A stretch of DNA of 49,646 nt, the filler included, from Bipalium vagum (taxonomy: Eukaryota), in the NCBI GenBank assembly GCA_037834085.1. It is 2 parts of 2 records of this genome, joined end to end, with 100 filler letters (N's around TTAATTAATTAA, not from the genome) between each part and the next. Parts side by side here need not be neighbours in the genome. Positions count along the whole stretch, not along the records: positions 19,640 to 49,646 come from JBBMKC010008584.1; 1 more part is not named here. One strand, written 5' to 3'. The notes below the pieces were generated by a model. That model had not been told where the DNA came from, did not search any database, and saw only the letters and a program-made list of their open reading frames with translations. Below are positions 36,769 through 49,646 of the stretch, piece by piece. Position 1 is the first letter of the stretch, and each line of letters starts with the position of its first letter. Both the position numbers and the translations under genes were made by a program.

Positions 36769-37562
36769 TGTTATAATACCTTTGAAGGAGTTGGTGAACC
36801 AAAATCTAACCTATTTTTAAAGTGTTAGCAGTTAGTATTTTCGAGAATTAATCTCGCATTAAACGTCAAACCAAAAGCTTACAAATGGCATAAATACTGA
36901 ATTCTGAGAAAGGGTAAGGTGGTTCAATAAATATAAAAGAAAATAAAGTTAAGCTGATTTTTATATTAAAAATTCCTGGTTCTTTCATTTTTTCTATAGA
37001 CATCGAGTTTAACCAGATTTATTTATGACATGAACTAATATTATTATTAAGTTTTTATATTTTGTATGTGAATCGATGTAAGAGTTTGGCCTCTTAACAT
37101 AAACTGTTTATTTATTATTTTTACGTAACGACAGGAGTAACTTAGAGAATTAAAATTCAATATTTAGAGCGTGAAGAGGTTTATCAAAGGTTGACATAAA
37201 AATATTATAAATCGTCAAATACAAATTAAAAATTTATTAACCATGAATCGATTGTAAAAATGTATGGTTTAAACAATAAATCGAAATTACAAATAGTCGA
37301 GGCTGCTGTAAATTTAAATAAAATCTATTTTAATAAGTATTAAAATTATTATTGTAAATATGTTTTACTAAAAGACGGGACCTCAATAAGATTAAAAGAA
37401 TGGACAGGAAACCCTTCATTATTTACTTTCCATGGTTCTCAGACAAAAATTTAGTTCTTCGTCCTGCTTGACCTGGAAAACCAAAAATACTAAGAAATAA
37501 CTAATAAAAATTTCAATTATTTAAGCCTAAGGTGTTGGGGATGCTGATCCAACCTTTAGTAA
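36769..37562 (+). repeat. Dispersed repeat, possibly a solo LTR (copy B)
   Basis: Shares 5' and 3' blocks with 19640-21053 and begins with TG. Boundaries are approximate. Confidence 0.4.
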
Positions 37563-40389
37563 TAATTTATATTCATTATTGATTAGTGACTTATAATTTT
37601 TGAAGTCGAATTATAGTTTTTAATCAAGATTTTTGTTTCCTTAAAGTAGTAAATTAATGTTACTATTTTTAGATTTTAAATTAAAATTTTTTGCCTAAAA
37701 TCTATTTTTAGTAATTTACTATTAAAATTTTAATGTATTATAAGGAAATTTATAATTGATAACTTCATGTTACTAATTAATTTTTGTAATATTTTAAGAT
37801 AGTTAATCATCAAAATAACAATTTTTTAAATTAATATTTATATGTTATTATTTGTATACTTTATATTTTAATATATAATTTTGTTTTTTGCATATTTTTT
37901 CTAGAAAAGAAAGATTTTTAAATTCTATGGGTTCTATCTTTTACAAAAAAATAAAATAAAATTTTTACATATAAAACACAATATTATATTTTTTCATGCA
38001 AAAAATTAGGATGAATGTTTAAGGATCAATAATTGTTGTCAATTAAGTTAGTTTGAGCCTGGGTTTAAGAGTCTCCTCATTATGTTTCATAAAATACAAT
38101 AGTTTTAATTGAAAAAATTAATAAATAGCATAAACTGTGACAAGGAATAAAATTACCTCATTTATAATGTTCAGTTTCAAATTAAGATTATACTGTGAAT
38201 CTGGGAAGAATAATATTCATATTAAATTAGACTCAATCACCTCATAAGCTTCTTAGTTTATCTGTCACGCTTTTTCCAGAAAATCTAAATACTTTTACTA
38301 AGTACTTTATTCTGAGATTTGTATTTTTATATTCACTTTTTTGGAATTTTTTCAGACCAAGAAACAAAAACTCAAATAAAAATAATTAAAGAAATACACA
38401 AATATATCATATAATTATTTATGCTAATAAATTATAATAAAGAGGAATTTTGTCTCATAATTAAAATGAGCCAGGATCATTTTAATAGACTCAAATCTTT
38501 GTAAGTATCGAATTTACTAATTTTAATCTGAAATAAAATCTTATTGTAAAAATACAAAATATATATGGAAAATTTTTTCTAAATTTATATATCAAAAACT
38601 TCAAGAAATTCTTTCAAATACCCTGAAAGAAAATATTAAATCTATTAAGAGAGATAATTAAATAAACTATGTTGCCCATTTCATGAGTTATATCTTCAAA
38701 ATTTATTCTAAGGACTTCAAATTGATCAGAAGACTTCAAAATTTTCTCCGTTAAGTAAAATTGTTTAAATTACTTTTCTTAACGGAAATAATTATCAACG
38801 AAGTCTTTCAATTACTTTCTGAATTTTGAAATTAAATAAAATTACATAAAAATTGATGTTTTATATATTTCTAATGATTTCGAACACTTTCAGATGCCTT
38901 TTTACATTATGCTGATGATTTTTAATGATATTTTGAAAGGAAAATGTCTTTAACAGTTATTATTTTTAATGAAAAAATAATAACTTTCTATTCTGATTTA
39001 TAATATTCAATGAGAATAATAATATTCAAAATTTAAGAAATTCATTGGTCATTTATTATTAATCTCAACAGAAAGGCATAAATAGTTCATGTAATAATTT
39101 AAAATATTTTTTAAAATTGTGAATTTTTAAATTCTATCTGTTTTATAAATGAAAACATTTTATTTTTATAAAATTTTGGAATATTTAACGAAAACTCAAT
39201 TTTAAATTAATTTTTTATTTTTTTGTTATTTTTCATGTTTTATTTTCAATGATTTTCTGACTTGTAAATGATTGCTTACTCATGCAATAAATTTTTTTTC
39301 AAATATAAAAGATATTTAACAATATTTTAATATATTTTTCATTTTGAACTGTTGTATAGACATTAATGAGTTAGGAACCAAATGAATATTAATGAATATG
39401 AGGACTGTTGTTATAAATTCATGAACATTGAGATTAAATATCATTATATCAGTATATCTTAACTTCAGAAAACATTATTCTTAATTCAATGACTATTATT
39501 ATTTATTATTATATTTAATAAATAATAATGACAAATAATACCAGGATAGTCCGAAATTTTAGCATGTTTTAAGCTTTGTTTGAGAACTTTATTAAACAAA
39601 ACTTTTAAATATATTTTTAAGTACAATATTCTTCTTCAATCTTTCTCTTAGTGATTGAATACTTAAGCAACACGATGTAAAGTCATGGGGGTGCAAAATT
39701 CTTGATAGGATTTTCCGATGTCGCCAGTATTATTGAATGGGCATTCCATTAGGAAGATCTCAATATAAGACAAGTCTGAGCTGTTGGAAGGAGTTAAAAG
39801 AACATTTTGAGGCTCATTAATATTTCATAGTATGTAAGTCTTGCCGTCGTTGAAGAATAATTATTTTCTCATAAGAATGAGAAAAAAATAACATATCCCT
39901 GCAATCTCTACTCACTTGTTTATAAAGTCTTAACAAAATTACACCGGAGATCTTTTGAAATATATTTTCTAATTGTTTTCCAGTTGACTTCATATATTAA
40001 CTTTATACTCATAGATTATAGTGTTAGAAATATAATTTATTTCAGTATTTAAATATTTTTGTAAGAATAAATCATCCAAAATTTAAAATATTTTTTTTTC
40101 ATTTTTTAAAAAAAGTTTTCTTATCTGCTGTTGAATTGAAAACTGAGATCAATAATAACTGATAATTTATTTAAAGCATTTCAAAACTTTATTAATAATT
40201 TTTGTTATAAAATATTATTATAAATAATATGCAAATAAAAAGTTAATGTTATTTTAGAAAACTTTATTAAGATCCATAAATTAAATTTTAATCATTTGAA
40301 TCCGTATAAGTCACAAAACTTGACGTTGAGAAATATTATTTGAGATAAATTAACTCAAAAATCATTACAAATAATCTAAATTAAAAAAA

Positions 40390-43300
40390 TTATACAAGCG
40401 TTATCTTCCTTCTAACAGGCTTGTAGTTATGAAATAAAAATTTTGGTTTTGTGTTATCATCCACTGATATTGAAAAAGCAGAATTTGAGCATTTCATTTG
40501 AGAAAATTGTGTTGTAGATAGATGATCCGTAAGATCTTTTGAATTGGTTCTTTGAAGAGACAAATTGGATATTTTCTTCGATAAATAATTATCATACGCT
40601 CCCCACTTGTCCTCGTAAATTTTAGCGTCAAAGAGGTTTTTGGAATATTTGACTGCATTTGACAAAAGGTTATCAGAAGCGGACATTAGATTTGGAAAAG
40701 ATTTTCTTGTTTTAAATATCGGTGATTGCGTGCCTTGAATAGTGGAAGGCAGATTATATAACAAAAAGGGCTTTCTGTCGGAAAAATCGTAACTTTCATT
40801 ATTAATAAAGTTTCCAGGAGGAATTTGAAAATGCGTATGTTGGGAACATTCAAACTTATTTATGTTCACCAACGATTCCGTCATTTGAACTCGCAAATTA
40901 TGCTTTGAAATGGCGATATAGTGATAGAGAGAAACCACTCCGGAAAGTTTCAATAGTACAAAGGAAATCACCGTTAAATGAAAAGATATATCATACGCAT
41001 ATAAATATTTACTTTCAGTATGAATTGAATTTGAACTACTGTCAAAAGACTGGCTAACACTTCCAACATATAAAACGATTCCTACAAGTAAGGCTAACCC
41101 TACAAGAATATCAAACCAATTTTATTATATAAATACAAAACAAAAATCATTAAATAAATAAAATTTAAGAACAATATTTTAATAGATTTAGTAAATAAAA
41201 TTATTTATTATTTAATAAAATTTATAAAAATTTCCAATTAAATTTGTAATATAAATTACATATATAATTTTGTACTTTTTTAAAAGCCAAGAAATTAATA
41301 ATTTGGGATTAGAAAGAATTCAAATCTAATGGAACTTTTCATTATTTAGTGTAAATTATTTTTAAAAATTCTTTTTTGAGACTTATTTATTTAATTAACA
41401 CTATTTAATGTATAAATATATATTATAAAAATGTAAAAACTTTATTTTTGAAATGAACCTTTACCTAACAAACAATATTGCACTTTTTAAAATTCTATTT
41501 ATTGTGATACTAACTTGATACATGTATCTAACTCGTAGTTCTTCAGATGGTTAATTTCAATTAGAGTAATTAAAATAATTTATTTATTTTTATTTATTTA
41601 TTTGTTAAAATTACTTATTATTATTTCTAAAAATAATTTTAAAAACTCAAAAATATTTTACGAAACCTTAAAAAAATAATTATTTATTGATTTCTATATT
41701 TTTTCAATTTGTAAATAAATCTCTATTTTTTCTTGATTAACAATATCCCATAATCCACATTTTCCGTCATTATGAAAATAGTTTAACACTACATTTTTTA
41801 TACAAATTCTATTTCTTTTTAATTGTTACAACTTATGTTGTTGTACAGTAGTCCAATTGTTATATTTTGTGAATTATATCTGAACTATGAAATTTAGTGT
41901 TAAAAAGGTTTTTGCTAACCAATACATGATAAACTGTCAATCAGAAATTTAATACAGAAATTGTTTTCCACAATTCCTGTGCATAATATTCTATGAGAAT
42001 ATTATCTAAACAGTAGACATTTTGAGATCTAAATATTTGTTTACATAACTTTGATTAATGCTATTCAATAATAAAATTTGCCTATTGAACCTGTATATGA
42101 TTTATCAAATCAAAGATAAAACTATCTATGGCAAACTCTTTATTGCGTATTCATTTAAAATTGAATTTTTAAAAAAATTAATTAAATTATAAAAATTCAA
42201 AACTAATTTTCAATCCCATTTCTAAATAACCAAATTGGCATTGTTTTGTTTATGAATTCTACAGCTAAAGGAAATCGCATTCACAAGTTTTTTGGAATCA
42301 GATAACAATTATTTAAATTAATTAATTTACTTTATGTAAATAAATAAAAATAAAAATTTGTAAAGATATATTTTTTGTAAAACAGTCCTTTATAAAAAAC
42401 GAAGATCAGAAAACATCATATATACCCGGTGTGTATAAGTAACCGACATTTTGATTTAAATCATATACTAAAAGTTTCATTTGTTTAAAGTAATCTTGAA
42501 TTTAAATTTCATCATTCATCCTTGAAAATCATCAAAATTTATTTTATTCGGCAAAACAGATTTGAATTCTTTGCATTTAAATAAAGGTATATATCATGTT
42601 TATGTCACAGATTTACAATGGAACAAAGAGCAAATATTAAATTTTCTTTTAAAATCTGGAAAAAATTTAAAGACTTATGAATTGCTGCAAAAAACCTATG
42701 GTGATCATTGTATGTCTTGTTTACAAGTGTATATATGATTTACACGATTTAAAAATTGTCGTGATGATTTAAATGACGATAAAAAACCTGGATGTCCAGA
42801 TGATAAAAATCGTTCCATGGTAAAATGTACATGAAATCATTGCTTTTGATGGTAAAATGTTAGCAGAAGAATTAAATATGTTTTTTCTATTTAGACAGTT
42901 TTAACGAAAGATTTGGGTAAAAGAAAGGTTTATGCCAAATTTGTTCTCCATGCATTAAATGATACCAAATTAAGACCTGATATTGAATATTGTAAAGATC
43001 TTTTCAACTCTGTTGAAAACAATCCATATTATATTGACTAATTTCTTTTCGGTGATGAGACGTGATGTGTCAAATATTATCCACAAGCCGAGCGTTAAAG
43101 TGGTAAATGGAAGTCAGTAGGTGAACCGAAATCTAAAAAATTGCGTTTTCAAAAATGAAGAATTAAGAGAATGCTTATTACTTTTTATGATTCCAAAGGT
43201 ATAGTTCACAAAGAATTAGTTCTAAAAGATCAAACTGTTGATGGGGAATATTAATTAAATGTTTTACATTATTTATGGTCAAGAATTGTCCGAATCAATC

Positions 43301-45821
43301 CGAATTATCAAGAAGAAAAGCAATGGTTTTTATTTCACGATAATGCCTCGCCCCAGGAGACCATAAAGGTTTGTGAACTTTTGACCAAAACAAAATTTGT
43401 GTGATCGGACATCCATCATATTCGACTATTTTCTATTCCAAAAACTGAAATTTGCATTGAAAGGTCTATTTTATGATGATGTCCTAGCTATTCAAGCAGT
43501 TTATTCCTTTAAATGACTTTGAAAAATCTATTTTTGCACTAACTGTCAAATGTTGTATCGAATCCCATGGGACCTATTTGGAATAATTATAATTTTTAAT
43601 TTATGTGTATTTTACTGTGCATCAATAAAGTTCGGTTATTTATGTAACAAGCTCTGTATAAGATAGAGGAATTTAACATATTCAATTCAATAGGCTTAAC
43701 AATATATTTAGGGTTCCCTTGATTTTAAAAATATATAATTAATATATAATGAAAAATCTGTGTTATTTATTATAATATTTTGAATTTGTTTTTTAATTGA
43801 AATCTTTGAATTCATTCTTGGCAGTAACTGTTTGAATGAATTCTTTCATAAAAGCTATGAATGATGTATAATAAATCATTTAATTAAATTAACTGTTCTA
43901 AAATGATTTCAACTTTAATAAATTATATATAATATATTTAATGCATAAATCAAATGAGTACGTAGTGAAAAAAGAAGCATTTCAATTTTTTGCGCTTTTC
44001 TTCACATTTTTATATAATACAATAAATTAATATTTTTAAAGATTTTATTTCTGAAAATAGAGAAAATTATAACATGGATACGATTTTATTTTTTATTAGA
44101 CAAAAACAGTCAACTATCAATTTATTCTTAAATAATCTTCATTATTTGTCTGTATCAAATAAATATATAGAAATTTGTTACAAAAAATCTTAAACGTTTT
44201 GAAATGTATTTATCTGAACTTTTGAATAAAATAATAATGGTTATTTTATTGTTATTATTATTTTTTAACAGCGCGTATTTCAAATATGACTCACAAAAAT
44301 TGAAATGAAAGTATTCATTAAATTCTTAAGCAAAATTAAGTACATAAAGAACTAGATGTCATTTTTAAAACAAAAATGGCTCACAGAAATAATGGTAAAA
44401 AATGATTTCCAGTAGAAAAATTGATTTAAAGGTTAGAAAAGTAACTCTAATTTGTTGATCTGAATAAACAACCTATAGTTCTTTTTTCAACATGTAAAAG
44501 AAAAACATTGAGTCTATTAAGAATCTCGAATATTCAAAGAAAGTTTCGCTTAAAAGCCAGATTTCTACAAGAATAATTTAGAAAAACGGGAAAAAGTATA
44601 AGCATTAGTAATTACTAACTCTAATTTAATAGTCATAAGTACTTTGAGTTGCTTGGACTTAAATTAACGAAGTATTTTGAAATATTAATACATTTCTTTA
44701 TCCACAAGCTATTTCTTATAGAAAAAATAAATTTATACAATTGTGTACTATTATTAATACTTCTTATTAGGATCTTGAATTGTCCAGGAAAATCTTAAAA
44801 AAGACTAATTTCTAAATTTTAAATTAAATTTATGTGATTTTTAAAGGAAAAATATTTGTGTAAGTGAATTCCTTCGGATTTTGAATTATTATCTTTTTTA
44901 CACTAGAGAATATTACTTATTTAAACTTTTAAAATAGATTATTTTATTTATTCAACATTTTAATAAATAAACTTCAAATTGTCTTTACTTATTTATTTAC
45001 ATAATATTGACAACTGATTGAAATAATATTAATGAAAATGATAAAAATAAATTATTAAAAAAAACATTTTAAATTGATTTTTTCCTTTAAAAAATTATTA
45101 ATGAAATGGAAATTAAATATGGATTTGATAAATAAAACAAATATATAAATAAAAAATGTAAATTAAATTTTACAAAATCAACTAAAAACTCAGTATAAAA
45201 ATATTATTTTTAGCCTGACTTTATAACATTGAATAATTTGAAAATAATTTTATATTACATTTCTTTTTCTACTTCAAAGTGCTCTCAAATTGAGTCAGAT
45301 ACTTTTATATAGCTAATATACATATAAAAATATTGGTTTTAAATTACTAATCTACGAGAAAAATGAAAGATAAAATTAAAAGTTGTTTTAGTATAAATTA
45401 GTTTTAAAACAATTTTTCAATATTTTGTTTTAATTGTACTCGTCCATGATTTAAAAATGTTCTGGTATTAATTCATTTTCATGTATTTGTTTTAAAAGAA
45501 GCTGTATTAGTAACAGTACCAGTGGTGATAATAATAAATAAAAAAATTAAAAATACCTTTTGCTTTTACAAATGGTACTGATAGTAATCAGACAAATAGT
45601 CAGTTAATATTAATTTTCTCAATGTCAATAGGAAAGAAATTGTTTATCTAATAAATCACATCAATATAAAATCTTCTAACCAGATATAACAAAATTTGCC
45701 CCAGCAGCCATTATCATTCTTTCGATCTGTAAGCAAGTCTGATTAAGAATGGCACAGGCACAAGCTATGGCAAGAAATATCAGACTGATAATTGGGAATA
45801 TAGCACTTGGTTGCATTTCAA
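40390..45821 (-). CDS. Stargazin/CACNG (TARP, claudin superfamily)-like protein, last two exons; 5' exons not resolved
   Basis: Exon 45821-45681 (SAIFPIISLIFLA...MIMAAGANFVISG) and exon 41099-40390 (GLALLVGIVLYV...YLYAYDISFHLTVISFVLLKLSGVVSLY) join in phase 1. The C terminus RRKITLV is a class I PDZ ligand like stargazin RRTTPV. Confidence 0.8.
42425..43656 (+). mobile_element. Full-length but degenerate mariner element in the CACNG-like intron
   Basis: TA-flanked TIRs containing ATAAGTAACCGA / TCGGTTATTTAT. Translation MEQRANIKF, KRKVYAKFV, GDET, MLITFYDSKGIVHKE, HDNASP, HPSYS. Confidence 0.9.
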
Positions 45822-48800
45822 CTAAATGGAAGAAATAAATTTCCTATTTTCATAGATTATTTTTACAAGAATGCATGTCCGAAAACTATCAGTTATCATT
45901 ATTGAGAAAAATTCAATTGTAAATTTTTTTCAGTCATTTCAATCTGATTTTGATAAATGTTTTTGTTGGTCTTTTATCATACTTTTCTTCTCATTACATT
46001 TTACTGAAATAGTTTCAATGGACGAAAATGGTGTTGTTATGTGGGATTAGGGAAATGTCATTTTATTTATGTACCCAAGGAGAAAGGGCTCTTAGAGCTC
46101 AATTGAAAACGTTCCTTGGATTAGTCAATTTTACTTGAGAGTAGTATTTCAATAATATAAATAAATAATTATTTTTAAAGAAAAGTTAATACGTAATAAT
46201 ACATTTTACAATTCTATCGCTACCATTTTAAATGCGAACAGTTTAAAGAAACTGATTTTATTGAGATGGTAAATTTTTTCTGGTTAGGTCTTTACATATA
46301 ATCACATTTGGTATAAATTTTAATATACACTTTTGACATTTTTTTCTATAACATTCAGATAAATTTTCTCTGATATTGTACCGACTTCAATGCAAATATT
46401 GTCTTTAGGTTAAAAATTTTTTGTGGTTTGCTTGAGTTACAGAATTTCTCATGATAACTATTTACACATAAACATGTAAATGATGTTACGAAGATCAAGA
46501 GGATAAAGAGACAGAGAAAAGAGAAAACGAAGATAGGGGAGACAAAGTAACGCGAAGTGGATGTATGTGAAAATATTCTTTCACAGCAGTGGAGAAGACT
46601 TGGTAGATAGATTTGGTTGGTAGAGATTCAATGCTCTTGGATGACAAAACAAGACTTCGAAGACATTTATCGTTTTTTGGTTTTCTTAATTCAAAACAGT
46701 CAACATTGAAAACGCAAATATTAACAATGCGCAAATCTTCGTAATCATTTTAATATTTTCTTTAAAATAAATTTATTCAAAAATTGAGAAAGAGAAATTG
46801 TATATATTTATTCCAAGGATTTTGAATGAATACAAATTAAAACAAATGTATTTTGGTAAAGAAAAAATTGAGGATATCATGATATCATAATTTCTCAAAA
46901 GAATTAAAATCAAGGTTTTAAATATATTTTCAACTTTTTGATTATGATGATTGTATTATTTTATAAATTTAAATTATATATATAAAAATTATTATCAGTA
47001 AAAACGTATCAATAAAAAATTAAAGCTGAACAAATAAAACTGTTCTATATATTTGATCAAATTTCATGAAATAAATAAGTTTATATTGAAAATAAATAAA
47101 TGTCAACATGGAGTATTGTCACCGCGCCTTCCCTTGATATATTATTAATTAATAGATTTATCTCCTTGGACGTATACCATTCTTTATTTGTTGAAGCTGG
47201 TTTTTCTATTCATCTAATGTTTTATGGGTACCAAAGTTATTTTAATCTTTAAATTTAGTTTGTTCTTATTCATTTTAATGCTGATATTTTTTGGATTATT
47301 TTAATATTTATATTTGCAAAAATTTTCTTTTTTTATTAATTAATTCTTTTATTTTATAAGTATGGAGAAATATTTCAATATCTTCAGAATCTAAAACAAA
47401 CTTATTATTATCTCTATTTAATAGTAAATTATTAAATAGTCAAACAAAAATGATTTTTTGCATGTAAATACATGATATTTATAATTAAAAAAGAGAAATG
47501 AAATTTCTTATGGAACAATAAATTTACAACTTTATTGATTAAAAATATTTTTCAATTAATTTTTTAAAAATAATCTCTATTTTTTACATAAAAAATTAAA
47601 ATTGTCTTAGCTTAAATTAAATTTTTTTAATATTTATAATTTTTACTTTATTAAAACAAAATATTTTGGTTATTATTAGTATAAATTTTATTATTATTAT
47701 TAATATTTTATTAATATTACTTTTTATTATTATTGTTTATAATTATTGTCATAATTATTATACTTTCTTTTGATATTGGGAGATATCAAATATTCATAAA
47801 ATAATATTAGTCTTTTGTAAATACATGAAAAATATAATTAAAATAAAATTACTTTTTGACTCATAGTTTTCAATGTAATCTTATCAATTTTATTTTTTGT
47901 AATTAATAAAATAAATATTAATTTTTAAGATGGAAAAAATCGAACTTATAAATATTAGAGATTGATCAGCCTCTGCAATAGCAAACGTATTTTGCTGTAA
48001 CCAGACAAAGTTTAAATTACGACCATGTTGTTTTATCAACTATTCAGGCTCATTTATATGTAACAGAAGAAATTAATCAAAAAATCAATGCTATTCTTGG
48101 TGGTTGAATTTCTAAATTACCAATCGTTGTTCTCTCCCAGGTAGATTAGACAGTCAATGAAACAGTGACTAAATAAATAATTATTATTTAATAAAATAAC
48201 TAATGAAAGAAATATTAATTCATTTTGAATTTGGATTTTGTTTTGAAGAATAATCAAATTTTACGTCACTCACATTTTAATTTAATAAATGAATTTTTTG
48301 CAGAAAGAAGAATCTTAAGAATAGAGATTTCCAAATAATATATTGAAAACAATAACTTTTAGTTATAAAGATCAATTACATATAATGCTCAGATCTTATA
48401 TTTGTAATTATGAAAAATGTTCTTGATTGTTTTAATAATCTCTTTAGTACGAGTTCGTAATTAATGAAAAATATTCATAATTAAAAAGTAATCCATAATG
48501 AAATTGTGAATTTTCTAACTTTTAAGTTGAATTTTAATTATTTCAGATTTTTTATTTTATCTGTTTAAAACAAATTTTGATAATAATATATTCAGTGATT
48601 ATCATATTTATTCAGAATCACAGCATATCTTGGACTATTGACAACGTATAATATAATTAAAAAAATGGATAATTTACAATAAAAAAAGAAAAATTACAAA
48701 AATCTGAAAAATTTAAATTACTGCAGCATAAATAATATTAGGTATTATTCCCAGAGGAGATGATTCTTAAACAAAATATTTCAATATGAATATTTATGAT

Positions 48801-49573
48801 ATATAATGAAGATAGATTTAAAAATATTAAAAATCTTCTTTAATTTGTACCAATTACTCTGTGATACCCATTGAAATTATTTTTCTTAATAATTTAAAAT
48901 ATTTTGTTTAAATTAAATTACTAATTTTAAAACTAAAATTAAATCTTATTCATTGATAAAATTTGATAATAATTATTATTAAATGTAAGAGAGAAAAATT
49001 GATATTTAAGAAATTTTAAAAAATAAGTTTCAAAATATAATGATAAAATCGCTACGGTGAAAATTTAATTAAATTCTTTGAAGTCAATTATAGTGGCTTT
49101 ATATTTGTGAAAGAGTGAAATGAACTTATCTGGACCGTTCTAATTGCCGTAATGATGAAGCCAGAAATTAAAATCGGAAATATACCAAATCCCAATGTAT
49201 TTGACCAGCTTCCTGTCTCAAACATCAAAAGAAATATAGTACCGCTATAAAAAAAATTAAAATGATCCGCTACATTAAAATAATCATAATTATTTCATCT
49301 CCTCTATTTTCCATTCACTGAATAAAAGCGAAATAATTGATTTTTTTCAAATTCATTAATATTCACTACTTTTCAGAATTTTGGAAAATTTGTTATATAT
49401 ATATATATTAATGAAAAATTTTAAAATTAAAATTGTTAAATAAAATAGACTTATAATTATATAATTAAAAGAAAAAATAAACTTGATGGTTCTTAAAATG
49501 TTGATGCTCTTGAGAATTAATATTAAATGAGAAATATTCAGAAGGCAATGATAATTTTCAAAATTTCATTTAT

Positions 49574-49574
<1 letters not shown>

Positions 49575-49646
<72 letters not shown>
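49575..49646. repeat. (TAA)n microsatellite running to the window end
   Basis: Perfect trinucleotide repeat of 24 units. Confidence 0.97.

Noticed and set aside
46550-46710. Death-domain-like phrase (DVCENILSQQWRRLGR*) on the + strand and a 79-aa minus ORF
   Set aside because: Internal stop, short match and no coherent exon structure.
46290-49250. Candidate upstream exons of the CACNG-like gene or of another membrane-protein gene (e.g. ~46405-46335 and 49246-49130 on the minus strand)
   Set aside because: No GLW..C or TDYW signature was found and no consistent splice chain could be built by eye.

Overview
Very AT-rich metazoan (invertebrate-like) genomic scaffold with tiny introns (40-58 nt) interspersed with TE-filled long introns. 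Host protein genes: a 15-exon SETD3-like methyltransferase (+, 3072-8615), a 4-exon G-alpha 12/13 subunit (-, 31927-22141) and the 3' part of a stargazin/CACNG-like (TARP) gene (-, 45821-40390). From about 10.3 to 19.5 kb lie decayed Polinton/Maverick (adintovirus-like) genes: PLA2 in frame with a c-integrase, a pX-like peptide, a protein-primed PolB and a major capsid protein fragment. The main discovery sits in the middle of these relics (13.39-14.93 kb, minus strand) and is invisible to the ORF track. It is a compact multi-exon non-coding snoRNA host gene whose roughly 150-160 nt introns each carry a minimal (50-52 nt) box C/D snoRNA. There are five snR38/SNORD1-like guides (28S ACAGGGAUAAC) and three U36/snR47-like guides (18S GUUAAAAAGCU), mostly alternating. 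The rest of the window holds Tc1/mariner, Tigger, hAT, foldback and possible solo-LTR relics, a second PolB relic, a 100-bp assembly gap and a terminal (TAA)n microsatellite. All assignments come from manual reading and recalled family motifs; no database search was run.
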